A stretch of DNA of 64,000 nt from the NCBI GenBank assembly GCA_951406725.2, contig OX597818.1:81096001-81160000 (forward strand), written 5' to 3'. This stretch comes from Octopus vulgaris (Eukaryota). Below, in pieces: positions 13,059 to 27,329 of the stretch (position 1 is its first letter; every line of letters begins with the position of its first letter). The notes beneath the pieces were generated by a model, which did not search any database, was not told the origin of the DNA, and saw nothing but the letters and a program-made list of their open reading frames with translations. Both the position numbers and the translations under genes were made by a program.

Positions 13059-13265
13059 CATACATACATACATACATGCATATTTATGTGTGTGTGTTTA
13101 TGTATATATATTAATATATATGTATATATGTATAAGTATGTATGTCTGTATGTATATATATATTGATATATATATATATATGTATGTATATATGTATACA
13201 TATATCCATGAGTGTTTGTCTTGGCGTGACTAGCGTGTAACATGTTACAAGTCTTTGTATATTTT

Positions 13266-13307
<42 letters not shown>

Positions 13308-13774
13308 CAGCAGCAGCAGTAGTAGTAGTAGTAGCAGTAGTTGTTGTTGTTGGATTTGGCTTGCATGTTGCATGTGTGATTTTATGCAAAAGCAATATTT
13401 CAAAAAGATGGAAACATTTTACTTGAAATAAAAATAAAAAAATTAAAAATGTTCATAAAATTTCAAAAAAAAAAAATATACACAAAATAAGGAGGAACAG
13501 GAGTAATCAATATCGAACAGAGAAAGAAAGAAAAAGAAGAAAATGAAGAGGAAGAAGGCGAAGGAGAAGAAGACAAAGAGGAAGAGCAACAACAACAACA
13601 GCAGGAACACCAACAGTGACAATAAAAGTCAATAGGAATGAAAATAAGTAAATGCATAAATATATAATAAAAATGATAAAAAAAATTAGCAGTAACAATA
13701 AACATTAAAAAAAAAAGTTTGGTTATGTGATATAAATCATATGACATGGAAATATATAGTTTACAGATATCACT

Positions 13775-14050
<276 letters not shown>

Positions 14051-14051
14051 G

Positions 14052-14200
14052 GTTTCAAATTTTGCCCCAAGAGCAGCAATTTTTGGTGAGGGGATGAGTC
14101 GATTACATCGACCCCAGTATGCAACTGTTACTTAATTTACTGACCCCGAAGGGATGAAAGATAAAGTCGACCTCGACGGAATTTGACGGACGAAATACTG
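14052..14200 (-). mobile_element. SINE family B, 3' part
   Basis: gattacatcgaccccag...gaccccgaagggatgaaagataaagtcgacctcg. Confidence 0.75.
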
Positions 14201-14227
14201 ACAACAGTAACAACAACAACAACAATA

Positions 14228-15115
14228 ATGATTTCATGGGCGAAGGATGAGGGGGACAATACAAAGACAGACTTAAAGTGTTGGGGTTTACATATAATGA
14301 AATGATACACTGAAAAAGAAGGGATATATGCATAGCATACAACGGTTAAAGAAAAAGTGACGGGGAAAATGACAGAGATGTGGCCCTCCTGATACCGGAA
14401 GGCCTCTAGGGATAATCGAGGAACTCCACTGTCTGAGATTTCCCTGAAACCCCAAGGGCAAGTGCCCTCTACAATTTCTTCTCTCCGATTCACAGGTCTA
14501 CATTTAGTGAGGCACCATCCACTCTTGCCTTTTCGCAACTTTCGTCCGCCTTTCAATAAACTCACTTCAGGACAGCTCTTCCTTCTCCACTCTCAATTTT
14601 CTTTTGAAGTGAAACTTGAAAAAGTCAATGAGCGTTCTACCAAAGTGGAATGTATCTGTCCTCATGTCTTTCAGCCTTGTCCTCCAAGCAACCTCTTTTG
14701 CCACAACCACCAGGCAAAGGAAAACTGCTTTGACTGCCCGATTGAAGGAGGGCAGCAGGGCGACCATCACTACAGACTCGAGCGACAAACGGATCCGTCC
14801 CACACGTAACAACAGCTGTTCGACATAACCCCACAAGTCAGCAATACCCGGACACTGAACGAGGACGTGCAGAATGATTTCGCCACTCTGCGCGCACTTC
14901 GGGCAAGCCTGTCTAACAGCACATTCGTGCCTGTAGAGTTTATCTTGAATCAGCAGCGACCTCCGGTAGCACTGCCAGGCCAAGGACTTCTGGAAATTAT
15001 CCACAATAGTTCCCGACCGGAACGTCCTCCGGATCAGACTAACCAGAATCTCCCCGAGACTCCCCAAGAACGCGCCCAGAGTCTCCCCGAGAACGTCGTC
15101 GTATTTCCTCGCCCA
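14228..15115 (-). mobile_element. L1/Tx1-clade LINE, 3' end (ORF2 C-terminal zinc knuckle plus 3' UTR)
   Basis: ORF 14567..15187 contains [11 protein letters not shown]...CPKCAQSGEIILHVLVQCPGIADLWGYVE...AKEVAWRTR, the CxxC-x8-H-x4-C-x6-W knuckle of L1/Tx1 ORF2; 5'-truncated. Confidence 0.85.
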
Positions 15116-15181
15116 TAATCTATGTTTATATAAAATCCTTCGTATCTCTGTCTGTTCCCAATTCATTCTCATAATATGCCT

Positions 15182-15250
<69 letters not shown>

Positions 15251-15294
15251 CGTGCATATACGTCAGTTAGTATGTGTGTATATACATACACACA

Positions 15295-15344
<50 letters not shown>

Positions 15345-16062
15345 CTAACTGACGTACCCGGTAATTCTCGGGAAAGCGGGTCTTATCCCTTGGTTCTGTT
15401 TTCATAATTGTCTCGCAAATCTAATAATAACAATACAAAGTATGTAGCCCTTAAAATGGTTTTTGTTCATTGACTGAGAATACCGAACTGTCTTACATAG
15501 GATCTTGTTTTTATGAATTCCCAATAAGTTATGAATACCCAAATTGTCAGTTATGTAATAATAAGAAATTAGTCACCTGATAGTAAGAATTCAAATAAAG
15601 TAGCCCCGAAAAGGGCTTTAATGCGTTCCCAGAGTATATAGAACTTATGAAGAAGTACTAATAAGGTATGTATACTAAAATCGTGATGCATGTTACATAA
15701 TAACATACTAATCAGATATGAGATAATAACAATTCAAAGTAAATAACTCTGAAAAGGGCTTTTGTGCGTTTCCAGAGAATATTACCCCCAGAGGCGCTAG
15801 AGTTGGTATATTCGTGAATAAGTCACTAACCGAAATAAGTAGATCTATTGCTTAGGAAAATACTATTTACTTGTTTAAGGATTGTGCTGGATAAATTACG
15901 AAAATAACTCTGACAGTTCAAATACTAAGAACTAAGCATACTCAATTTGATTTATACCAAATAATTTAGGAAAATAAATGGGTTGTTTCTCTTGGATATA
16001 TATAAAGACCCCCTCTAGGGTCGAATGGGTTATTTCCCTTGGCTGTTAAAAGGAAATATATT

Positions 16063-16112
<50 letters not shown>

Positions 16113-16276
16113 ATCCCTTCCATGGACCCTATTATCGATTTTTTCAACAATCTGAGTATGCCATGAGGTTTCCAGACATGTCAAGTTTCATGAAAATCGA
16201 TAAAACGATGTAGGAGGAGTTAGCTAACAACTCCACAAACACACCCAAAGACAGAATTTCCCACATATGTAGTAGA
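15345..16276 (-). mobile_element. Non-autonomous Helitron-like element
   Basis: On the minus strand it starts A|TC (tctactacatatg) and ends with hairpin cccg-agaattac-cggg then TTAG|T (CTRR-like). Internal ~140-160-bp degenerate repeats at 15425-15780; a second partial copy at 43692. Confidence 0.7.
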
Positions 16277-16484
16277 TATATGTATGTATGTATGTATGTA
16301 TGCATGCATGTATGTATGTATGTATGTATGTATGTATGTATGTATGTATGGTATGGATGGATGGATGGATGGATGGATGGATGGATGGATGTATGTATAT
16401 ATATGTATGTATGTATGTATATGTACGTATATCTGTATATAAATATGTATATATATGTATGTATACATAAGTGTACATATAGAT

Positions 16485-16528
<44 letters not shown>

Positions 16529-16629
16529 GTATGTATATATGTATGTATACATGTGTGTATATATATCTATGTATGTAAATATATATGTATATATAGATGT
16601 GTATATATATATACATATATATATATATT

Positions 16630-16685
<56 letters not shown>

Positions 16686-17131
16686 CAGTGTACATTTATA
16701 CACAAAGTGTACATTTATACACAAAGAGGCAAGCCTTAACAGGTTACCTAACATACTAGAAAGAACTGTCAAAAAATTCAAACCACAGTTAAGAGCAATT
16801 TGGAAGGGAATGAAAAATAAAAACACCATGTTTTACATAGAAGCAATGTTTTATATATAAGCCATGCTGTAGTGACATTGTGGTAATGCAAAACCCATTA
16901 ATGCTTATTTAGTTAACAAGTTAGAACTCTGATAGAAGTGTGAACAACACCAGCTTAACTTTCAATTCTATGATCACCACAACCACCGCTTCTCTGATTA
17001 ACTAAACCATGATAAGTTAATCTATCAGTTGAAACTGAAATCTTGCTGGTCATGCTATATTTACAAGATGGTTTCTTACTAAATGCTCTAAGGCAGATTG
17101 GTTGACTCCTTGTACATTACAACCCCACCCA

Positions 17132-17181
<50 letters not shown>

Positions 17182-17392
17182 AATATTTGTCATTTACACC
17201 TAGATTGGGTTGATTGAGCAAACTTATGATCTGCAATATTCCATGACCATCCAATTTCTTTTTTTTTCAAGTAGAGTGTACTCACACTGCATTATTTAAT
17301 GTGTTCCCCAGGGAAATTTGGTTGATATTTCTAGCAGGTCAAGCAACCACAGCCATTTTTTTATTAGATGTAAGATGCTCCTGTGAGTATAT

Positions 17393-17878
17393 CTCTTTTA
17401 CTTGTTTCAGTCATTTGACTGTGGCCATGCTGGAGCATCGCCTTTAGTCGATCAAATCGACCCCGGAACTTATTCTTTGTAAGCCTAGTACTTATTCCAT
17501 CGGTCTCTTTTGCCGAACCGCTAAGTTACGGGGACGTAAACACACCAGCATCGGTTGTCAAGCAATGTTGGGGGACAAACACAGACACACAAACATATAC
17601 ACATACATATATAAACATACATACATACATATATACGACGGGCTTCTTTCAGTTTCCGTCTACCAAATTCACTCACAAGGCATTGGTCGGCTCGAGGCCA
17701 TAGTAGAAGATATATCTTTCTACCATGCACAATTTACATAGCCTTATTCCATTGCGATAGGGTCCACGACGGGCTTCTTTCAGATTCCGAGTCTATAGTA
17801 GAAGACACTTACCCAAGGTGGGACTGAACTCGGAACCATGTGGTTGGGATGCAAACTTCTTACCACACAGTCACGCCT
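17393..17878 (-). mobile_element. SINE family A (two adjoining pieces)
   Basis: Near full-length match to the reverse complement of 35815-36185. Confidence 0.9.
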
Positions 17879-18084
17879 TTAAAAATAATATTGATTTGTA
17901 ACACAATCATGTCGACTGCCGCGCTTGACCGGTAATCTATTTTTTTGAACCTACAAAGGTGATGAGTAAACTTGACCTCGGCAAGATTAGAACTTGGAAT
18001 GTAAAGTGTCGAAACCAATTACTCCAAGGTTTATTTTCTTCTATGTTCCATTGATTCCGGCATATAGCGCCCTCATTATAGCAA

Positions 18085-18280
18085 TTATGACGGTGAGGAC
18101 GATGATGATAATTACAACGACGATGACGACAACAACAATGATGATGGTTATGATGTTGATGACAATGATGATGATGATGAGGATGATGACGGCGACGACG
18201 ACGATGATGATGATGACGACGGCGACGACAGTGATCGTGTTGATGATAATGAGGATGAGTATGATAACAATGATGGTTAC

Positions 18281-18313
<33 letters not shown>

Positions 18314-18730
18314 ATGATGATGATGATGATGATGAGGATGATGATAACGATGACGATGATGATGACGATGATGAGGATGATGATGATGATGATGAAGATG
18401 CTGCTGCTGATGATGATATGATGATGATACGATAATGATGATGATGGTGATGTCGACGGCGACAATGGTGATGGCGATAATGATAATAATAATGATGACA
18501 ATAATGATGTTAATCCTGATTATGATGACGACGACGACGACGATGACGATGACGATTATAATGATGATGATGATGATGACGACGACTGGTAATGGTGATA
18601 ATGATAATGATAATAATGATGATGATGATGATCCTGAATATGATGATGACGACGACGACCACGATGATGATGATGAGGAGGATGACGAATGACGACGATG
18701 ATGATAATAATGATGATCATCATTATCATA
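18085..18730. repeat. Degenerate (GAT)/(GAC)n triplet tract
   Basis: Direct inspection; source of the poly-M/D/S ORFs. Confidence 0.95.
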
Positions 18731-19359
18731 TCAGAAAATGCGGCATGCATACAATAATTATAATTCGGTTTTTATCAAATTTCTTGATACCTACACAACA
18801 TGATGTAATGAATACTAATTTTCAAAAACAGAAATGTTTATTGCCTTAAAATAAAATGAAAATGAAATAAATTTTACATTTGTTTATTTGCATTTGTTAT
18901 ATGATACTGTTTTCCTAAAGTTTATCATTATAATTACAATATACTCCCTCGAACTTTCCATTCCTTCGCGGTCGATAAATTAAGTACCAGTTGCGTACTG
19001 GAGTCGATCTAATCGACTGGCCCCCTCCCCAACAATTTTGGGCCTATCTCGGCAAAGTTTCATTAAGGAATATGGAATTTTCAGAAAGTTACCACTGCCT
19101 GCCATCAAGCTCTCTCTGTGTACTCATCCTGTTAACTCTCTCTGTCTGTCTCTCTTTCTCTGCACATTTCTTTTACTTTCTCTCTTCTTCTCTCCTCTAA
19201 CCATCATTTACACCGGGTGTTGTATTGTATCGTACTGAATGTATGTATGTATGTATGTATGTATGTATGTATGTATGTATGTATGTATGTATGTATGTAT
19301 GTATGTGTGTGTGTGTGTGTGCATATATGTATATGTACGTACATGTCTATGTATATGTG

Positions 19360-19569
19360 ATCTCTTGAGCACCACCAGCAAAAAAATTTTTTTCCTCTGT
19401 CTTCCCTTCTCGGGATCTTTCCTTCTCCTTTGTTTCCGACGAAGAGCTCCGCTCGAAACGTTAAACCCTCCTTCCTTTCTTTCCTGAGCGTCAAATAATA
19501 CTTTAATTGTTCGACGTCCTCGCGTTGCTGTGTTTTTTCTGTGTTTTCTTGTTTGGATTAACTCTATAC

Positions 19570-19570
<1 letters not shown>
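19360..19570 (+). mobile_element. PLE-type 3' tail fragment with variant HHR, ending at (TA)n
   Basis: Shares ttcctgagcgtc...aatacttt...acgtcct with 37380-37525; HHR variant at 19432-19466. Confidence 0.6.
19432..19466 (+). ncRNA. 35-nt hammerhead variant (CCGACGA core)
   Basis: gttt CCGACGA a gagc-tcc-gctc GAAA cg TT aaac. Stems I and II pair perfectly; U4 is replaced by C. Confidence 0.6.
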
Positions 19571-19617
<47 letters not shown>

Positions 19618-19650
19618 GTGTGTACATATATGTATACGTATATATATTCA

Positions 19651-19815
19651 TTACTCTTTTACTTGTTTCAGTCATTTGACTGCGGCCATGCTGGAGCACC
19701 GCCTTTAGTCGAATAAATCGACCCCAGGACTTATTCTTTGTAAACCTAGTACTTATTCTATCCGTCTCTTTTGCCGAACCGCTAAGTTACGGGGACGTAA
19801 ACACACACACACACA
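19651..19815 (-). mobile_element. SINE family A, 3' half
   Basis: tacttgtttcagtcatttgactgcggccatgctggagcaccgcc...ctaagttacggggacgtaaac. Confidence 0.9.
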
Positions 19816-19855
19816 CATACATACATACATACATACATACATACATACATACATA

Positions 19856-20790
19856 GACTCCATAGATATCAAAACCCGCAAAACTGGGAACTTCCACAGA
19901 AAGCGTGATGTTGACAGGCTCTACTTAAGAACAAAAGAAGGTGGTAGAAGCCTAAGATCAGTGCAGGCGGCCTATGATGCCGTATGGTATCACCCAGGCA
20001 GCACCTGCTAAACAACAGCAACAAAATAAGTATATAAATGCAGTGCTGAAAAGTGAAGTCAGCAACATTGTCCGAGTTAGCAGTGAGCTCCTCAAGTAGC
20101 ATTCTCTCCCTGACGATCTCCTATACAATCCCCAAACAGCTGGGCTCTTTTACCCCAGAGAAGAGATGGATGGAAATCACTCTGCATACAAAAAAACAAA
20201 AAAATACATGCATAGGTATGTTGCTCGGCAGCTTGAAAAAGACACGAAGCCCAGCTTCTCTTGGACACAAGACCACTATATCACATCACACTTTGAAGGC
20301 TATGCGTTTCCAATCCAGGAATAGGCGATCACCACAAAGTACCTATTTCTTTATTACCCACAATGGGCTAAACATAGAGGGGACAAACAAGGACAGACAT
20401 AGGTATTAAGTCGATTATATCGACCCCAGTGCGTAACTGGTGCTTAATTTATCGACCCCCAAAGGACGAAAGGCAAAGTCGACCTCGGCGGAATTTGAAT
20501 TCACATCGTAACGGCAGACGAAATACCGCAAAGCATTTCGCCCGGCGTGCTAACGCTTCTGCCAGCTCGCCACCACAAAGTACCTGGTGAACAAGAGAGA
20601 CAGTGACGCTCTTGTAATCCTAAGGTGCAACCACATGTGTCGGCTGTGTCATGTTTCTGTGTAAGATATTATGCGTGTGATTAGCAGCTGTGCTAAAATG
20701 TCGTCGCGGTACTACCTTCGTATGTGGCACGATGTTGTTACTAAAACAATTTACAATGCCATCTGCATCGAAAACGAGGTCGGGTCGCAC
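19856..20790 (+). mobile_element. R4/Dong-clade non-LTR retrotransposon fragment (post-RT region and CCHC knuckle), split by a SINE
   Basis: DSIDIKTRK..FHRKRDVDRLYLRTKEGGRSL...ITSHFEGYAFPIQE*AITTKYL, then the SINE, then VNKRD...CRLCHVSV*DIMRVISSCAKMSSRYYLRMWHDVV. Matches R4-type RLY...GGRGL, QE..I.T, CRLC..H..S.C and RHD motifs. Confidence 0.85.
20345..20570 (-). mobile_element. SINE family B inserted in the R4 fragment, 15-bp TSD
   Basis: TSD caccacaaagtacct at 20330-20344 and 20571-20585; the R4 reading frame resumes after it. Confidence 0.92.
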
Positions 20791-21282
20791 AATTTTGAGG
20801 TCTTTAGCTAAGGGAAGCAACTATGCCTGAACAATTTTTATGTCTTAGAGAATAATGAGAAAATGTTTAAAATATATATATAAACAATAACTTTTAAAGA
20901 AATCTGGACATCTTTCTTACTGCTAAGCATTCAACTTTAAATTATAATTGTTAATTGTTGGAAGTCAAGTAGATTGAGATGTACATATAGTGTTATTATA
21001 TGGAGTGGAAGTTCAATACGAAATTTTGAACTCATTGACTTGTGGTTAGTAATTCATTACCTTAAATTTGAAGACGTTAAGTCTTTAAACATTATTCTAT
21101 TGGGTTTAGTCTTTCGTCTGTCGCCATGATGGGTAAACACCTTCAAAAATTTAATTGATCACACTGACCTCAGTTCATATTGCAATCTGGCATTTATTTT
21201 ATAGATCTCTGCTTGATGAAGTTTGAGACATAGTGGGATACAATACTCGATTTAACAACAAATATAAACACACACACACATT

Positions 21283-21440
21283 AGGTGAGGTGCAAGAATG
21301 ACTTTGTGGCTGAGAAGTTTGCTTCCCAAACCACATGATTCGACGTTCAGTCCCTCTGCAAGGTACCTTGGGCAAGTGTTTTATACTATAGCTCCACGCC
21401 AACCACAGATTTGTGACTGAATTTGGTAGACGGAAACTGC
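21283..21440 (+). mobile_element. SINE family A, 5' half
   Basis: aaccacatgattcgacgttcagtccc...ccttgggcaagtg...gtagacggaaactg. Confidence 0.75.
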
Positions 21441-22271
21441 AGCGTTGTTCATCAGAAAATGACCGAAAAAACATGTTTATAAAAAAGAGTTTTTTGCTTC
21501 ATACTCCTCTTATGCCGATTCTGCCCGTGAGAATGGAACAAATAATACAATGTGGGTGTAGGTCACAACACCCGGACAACGCCAGGGTGGATTGCTAGTA
21601 TATATTTATAAGGCTATGAGAAAAAAAAGAATTGAAAACATAAGAGAGAGAAGTTTTAACAAATGTTGTACTAATTTAACTTTTAATCAAAAGGCAAAGA
21701 GTTATGACGTTTCGGACGTTTGTTCTTCGCTAGAACAAAAATTAAAAGAATGAGATCAGATGGTAGGAAAACATAAAGAATGAAAAAAGCATTGGCCGCA
21801 AAGAAATAAAAAAAAAGGTGGGAATGCAATTCTATGAGGGAGGGCAGTTAGGAAGGGAGTAGAAGGCGGGGTGGTGTGTGCGATATATAACGACAGGTAA
21901 ACGCTCTTGCATTTTCATCACGACCCTCATTATCATTCACATGATAACGATAATGATGATCATCATCCTTTTCTTCTCTCATCATTATCATCATCATCAT
22001 CATCATCATCACCTTTATCATCACCCTCCACATTGTTATTAGGTTCCAATACGTTCTTACTGCGACAGGTATGTTCTTAGTGTTTCCGGTATATTGTATA
22101 TTCAGGATTACAACACCTAGTGTATCTTGCTTCTTTCTAAAGGTGTGATTTGATGGAGATTCGACTACTATTTCTAGCTAGTCGAACCTGTTCCCCTGCT
22201 GAGACTTTCATAAAGACTTGTCATGCCGAGAACAATTGCTCACCAAATGTCCAGTAATATTTCATCTGTTC

Positions 22272-22500
22272 TTTTATTCTTTTACTTGTTTCAGTCATTT
22301 GACTGCGGCCATGCTGGAGCACTGCTCTTAAAAGGGTTTTAGTCGAATAAATCGACCCCAGGACTTATTCTTTGTAAGCCTTGTACTTATTCTATCGGTA
22401 TTTTTTTTTACCGAACAGCTATGTTACGGGGACATAAACACACCAGCATCAGTTGTCAAGCGATGACGGAGGATCAAACACAGACACACCGACACACACA
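22272..22500 (-). mobile_element. SINE family A, 3' half
   Basis: Same 3' block as 19651. Confidence 0.85.
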
Positions 22501-22894
22501 CACGCACTTAAACATATACACACACATACATACATACATACATACATACATACATACATACATACATGTAGAATCTTTGGCGTCGAGCATTGTTCTTATA
22601 CACTCCACGGCTGGGATTAAATCTGAGCTTTTAAATCTGAGTATCACTCCTCTGATCGTCTTTCTATCTACGTTCTTTTAACTCTCGTTAAGATATTGAT
22701 CATGAGAAGATTTCCTCCTACTGTTTCTTTATCATTATCTCGTTATCTTTTTAGCGCCAAACGTTATAGTATTATCTAATCATCTATTCCCTTCCATCTA
22801 CTTATAATTATCATTTCAAGTGACTCTTATGTTTTCTTCTAAGTGATTCTCTTTGTTACTTTTGCTCTCTTTCTATTTCCGATTCACTGCTATA

Positions 22895-22990
<96 letters not shown>

Positions 22991-24002
22991 CTATTAGACT
23001 ATGTATGTTTTGTTTATCTTCAACTATTTCTTTTAATTCGCTGCTATTTTCTGCCCTATACTTATGTAAAACCTACAGCAGCAGCTATCTTACAATGCTT
23101 TTCTAATCGTACAAGTCTTCTTTCCTCCTTCTGTCCGTGGTAAATATAACCTGTCAAGGCCGGCTTTTGGCTGATGTATTTGAAAAGATATTCATTAATT
23201 TTCTTGTTTTCCTGTCTAGTCTCTTTATTTCGTTCATTTTTCAATATATTACATTAAAACTATATACTTTGTCGCTCTTACGGCTAATGTATTAATTCCT
23301 ATTATTTCATACTTAGAATTTCCTCCTACCTCTCTACCTCCTTTATCTCCTCCTCCTCCACGTCATCATCATCATCGTCAACCTTATCTTCTCTGTCTTC
23401 AATATTACTATTATTATCTTGTTTTCAGCAATTTCTTGCTAGTTTCTACAACACCAACATATACATATTCACGTATCTGTGGTGTGAGTACAACGTTTTG
23501 TATTTAATGATGTAAAATTATGTTTGTGCGCTACATCATATTCAGTTCTTTTGTGATGTTTGTTGTTGCTGTTGTTGTTGTTGCTGCTGCTGTTATTTTT
23601 GTCCTTTGTTGTGTAAAATGTTTCAGATCTATTATTTTGTTGGCTGTCGACAGAGTGGAGAATTTACACCAAGGATTGTGCTGCGTGTTTCACTGTCGGG
23701 TGGGGAACGGGTAGAGAATGAGAAATGTAGCAGTGTGTCGTATAATTGGGTGGCAATTTTGTGTGATTTCTTGGTGGTATATGAGATGTGTTATAATAAT
23801 TCTTTCTGATTTTGGCGCAAGTCCAGTAATTTTAGCGGAAAGGGGCTAGTAATTTACGTCGACCCCAGTACATGGTTTCTGTCTTATTATATCGATCCTG
23901 AGAAGACGAAGACAAAGCCGACGGATGAGATATAATAATACCGGGTAGTCATTATGGAAGAAATGTATTGTGTTTGTTTAATTGGGTGGTGATTGTGAGG
24001 AT

Positions 24003-24190
24003 CTAGGTAAAAACGTCACAGGAAAAAAAGTCACGTAATAAAGTCACAGGGGATTTTGTCCGAGTGTGTGTATGGGGGGGGGATGTCTGAGGAGGTTTTG
24101 TCCTAGAGGGGTTTGTCCGGATCCCATAAATTAATTGTGACATTTCTCCTGTGACTTTTTCCCTAGCCAAACTTGTGACTTTATTACAGG
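24003..24190. mobile_element. Small DNA-transposon remnant with inverted subterminal aaagtcac repeats
   Basis: ctaggtaaaaacgtcacaggaaaaaaagtcac is inverted relative to gtgacatttctcctgtgactttttccctag; internal ttttgtcc repeats. Confidence 0.5.
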
Positions 24191-24329
24191 TCCTCTGTTG
24201 TGGGGACCATGTGTGGAGTGTGTGTAAAGTATGTGCTGAGTATACGAGATGAGTATGTAGAGTGTATGTAAAGTATGCGTGATGTGTGAATTCTATGATT
24301 GAGAGGATATCCTATGAAGTATTTGTAGA

Positions 24330-25470
24330 CTGGTCAATACTGTGGAAGAGTCTATTATGTGGGTGAGCCTATTGTTTATGAGGGTGAGTCTGTTGTGTGC
24401 GTCACTCTACTATGTAGATCAGGCAACCGTGTCAGTCTACTATTGTGTGGATCAGTTAATTGTGGGGACCAGTCTATTGTGTGAACTAGTTTATTGTGTG
24501 GACCAGTCTATTGTGTCAACTAGTCGATTATGTGGATCAGTCCTTCGTGTGGGCAAGGCTATTGTGTGGACCAGCCGATTGTGCCGGTTAGTCTATTGTG
24601 TTAATCTATTGTATGGACGAGTTTATATGTGAATCAGTTTTTTTTTTGTGTGGATCAGTTTATTATGTGGTATTGTCCAGTGAGTGGCACAGTCTATTGC
24701 GTGGACAAGACTATGGCGTGGACCAATCTATTGTGGGGGTAGTCCATTGTGTAGACAAATCTATTGTGTAGATCAGCCTAATGTGGTTTGGTCTATAATG
24801 TGACCAGGCCATTGTGAGAGTCAGTCTTTTGTTTGGACCAGTATATTGTGTAGGCTAGCGTATTGATTGGGTTAGTGAATTGTGTGGGTTAGTCTAATTT
24901 ATAGACCGGTCCATGTGAGGATCAGTCTTTTGTGTGGACCAGTGTATTGTATGGGTTAGTCTAGCGTATGGTCCATACTATATGAGTCAAGCTATTTTGT
25001 GGGTTAATTTATTGCGTGGGTTAGTCTATTATGCGAACCACTTTATTTCGTAGGTTAGTCTGTTGGATGCACCAGTAACTAGCATAGCTGGGGAGGTGGG
25101 TAGGGGTTGTTAGCTCTGGCGGCACTTTTAAAGGGGCACCACTTTTGGGTTTGCTGTAGGCAATATGTGTTTTTTGTGGAGTCTGGGAGCGGCAAACGGA
25201 AGGGCCGCTCCGGGTGGTACACTCTCTAGCTACGCTAGTGCCTCCAGTCTATCATGTGGACCAATCTATTGTATAGGTTAGTCTATTATTTGGACGAGTC
25301 CGTTGTGTAGATCATTCCATTTTGTGATTAAGTCTATTGTGTAGGTAAGTCTGCTGTGTCTGTTAGTGTGTTGTGTGTGCCAATGTATTGTGTGGATTAC
25401 TCTATTATATGAACCTGTTTCTTCTGTTGTCCAGGCTATTGTGGGGGTTAGTTTATTCTGTGGACTAGTT
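24330..25470. repeat. Degenerate ~17-18-bp minisatellite (agtctattgtgtggacc)
   Basis: Dozens of variant units, interrupted by the MITE at 25077. Confidence 0.85.
25077..25240. mobile_element. hAT-like MITE
   Basis: Terminal inverted repeats (TIRs) aactagcatagct / agctacgctagtg; flanking 8-mers gcaccagt / cctccagt match at 6 of 8, a decayed TSD. Confidence 0.65.
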
Positions 25471-27329
25471 TATTTTATGGATTAGTGATAAAAGGATGGT
25501 GTACCCAGTCGGTGATAAAACAGACAACGTCATCCAGTTTGGAAAAGTTTCAGAATCGTAACGGCTGCCATGTTCTTGATCATGGGATTGCTGGAGCAGT
25601 GGTCGCCTGGTGTTAAACAGTAATAAGAACAACGACAAGCACAACCAGAACACATAGCTATCATTTATTAAGAAGACTACCATCACAATATAAATCTAAT
25701 CAATATCACCATCGCCAGCATCACCACGACAACCACGATCACCTCCACTTTAGTCAGAAACGCCAAGGCGAATAACAAATCCATTTAGAACAACAACAAC
25801 AACAACATCTGTAAACCAAATTATATAAACACCCTCTCACCCAGTTTCTTTCACACACACGGAAAAGAAACTAAGCGTAAAATCAACTCAAATAAATACT
25901 GGTCTATGTGTGTGTAAACATCAATGTAAAGGATGATGTCCAAGAGACATCATAGACTTTCATAGTGTAGCAGGATCTTTTACTCTGTTCTGATCCCCTC
26001 CACTTCCTCTTCCTCTTACTCTCTCTTCCTCATTCTTCCCCAATCTTTCTCGGTTTTCCACTCACTCTCTCACGCGTTCACTTCATCTTCACGTTCTTAC
26101 CTCTCCCTCTTATTTCACTAATCTCTCTCATACTTACTTACACTCCACCTCCCTTAACTTACGCCCCACCTCTCTTACACTCGCTAAAATGTGCCGGAAG
26201 TGGTATCTTTAAGTTTGATTGATTTCTTGTAGACAATTGGGAGACGGGCTTTTTGAAGCAGACTTAAAGTAACAAAGCTGAAATCGATGGATTTACACGA
26301 GACAAAGCTGATTCGCTGATTCTTTCTTTCTTTCTTTCTTGTTCTTCATGTGTTTCTGTTTGTATTTTTTTTATTTATTTATCGCCTCCACTTTTTTCTC
26401 CTTTATCTTTTCTTTTATCTTTTTTCTTTACTTTTTCGATTTCCGATGTCAGAGAATTGAGTGTGTGTATGTGTACGTATGAGTGCGTGCGATTGTATGA
26501 AGGTTTATGCCTGTAGGTCTGTGTGAGTGTACTTTATATATATATATATATATATATATTCGTACACACATTCATACACATCTCAATCAGGTTATGGTTT
26601 CCAACATACACACACACACATAAACATATGTACACACACATATATATATACACATACGTACATAGATGCATAAATACAAACATATATGTGTGTATGTCGG
26701 TTTGTATGAATGTATGTATGTATATACGTGTGTGCATATGTGTATATGTGCGTGTTTGTGTATGTATATGCGTGTGTATGCATATCTTTCTATCTCTGTG
26801 TGTATGCGTTTATATTGATCTTCCTCCGCTGATTGTGACTGCAGATGTGTAAAAGTAAATGCATGCGTACTGCGGTGCGTATAAGTGTGCTTGGGTTTCT
26901 CTCATTCTGTATGTGCGTCCGTGCTTGCTTCCTTCTGTGTATTCGTTCGGGGGTTTGAACCTGAGTATGAGTGCGTGTGTGTATGTCTGTGTGTGCGTTT
27001 ATGTGAGTGTGTGTAATGTAGAAAACATACTTCTCGTAACGATTGGTTGAACGATAGGATGACCGGTAGATAAGAGCATATGATTGGTTGATTATATACT
27101 AGCAGCGAAGTACATACAAGACTTTAGGAGAAAAAGTACGAGTGAAGTAAAAGAACGAAAGGGAGTTGTATGTGGAGTGATTTGAGTGGAAATATCAAAC
27201 CGATTCTTAGGGGATATTCCTTGCCAATTAGCTTGTAGCAGAGTGGCCATTGTGGAGTTAGAGTAGTGAGGAGTTGGAGTAGTGATCTGTGACCTACGTT
27301 TAATTAGTGTGGAGAAATGAGTTTGTATG

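Noticed and set aside
24330-25470. Regularly spaced short repeats resembling a CRISPR array
   Set aside because: Units are contiguous and degenerate with no unique spacers, in a eukaryotic context with no cas genes; this is a minisatellite.
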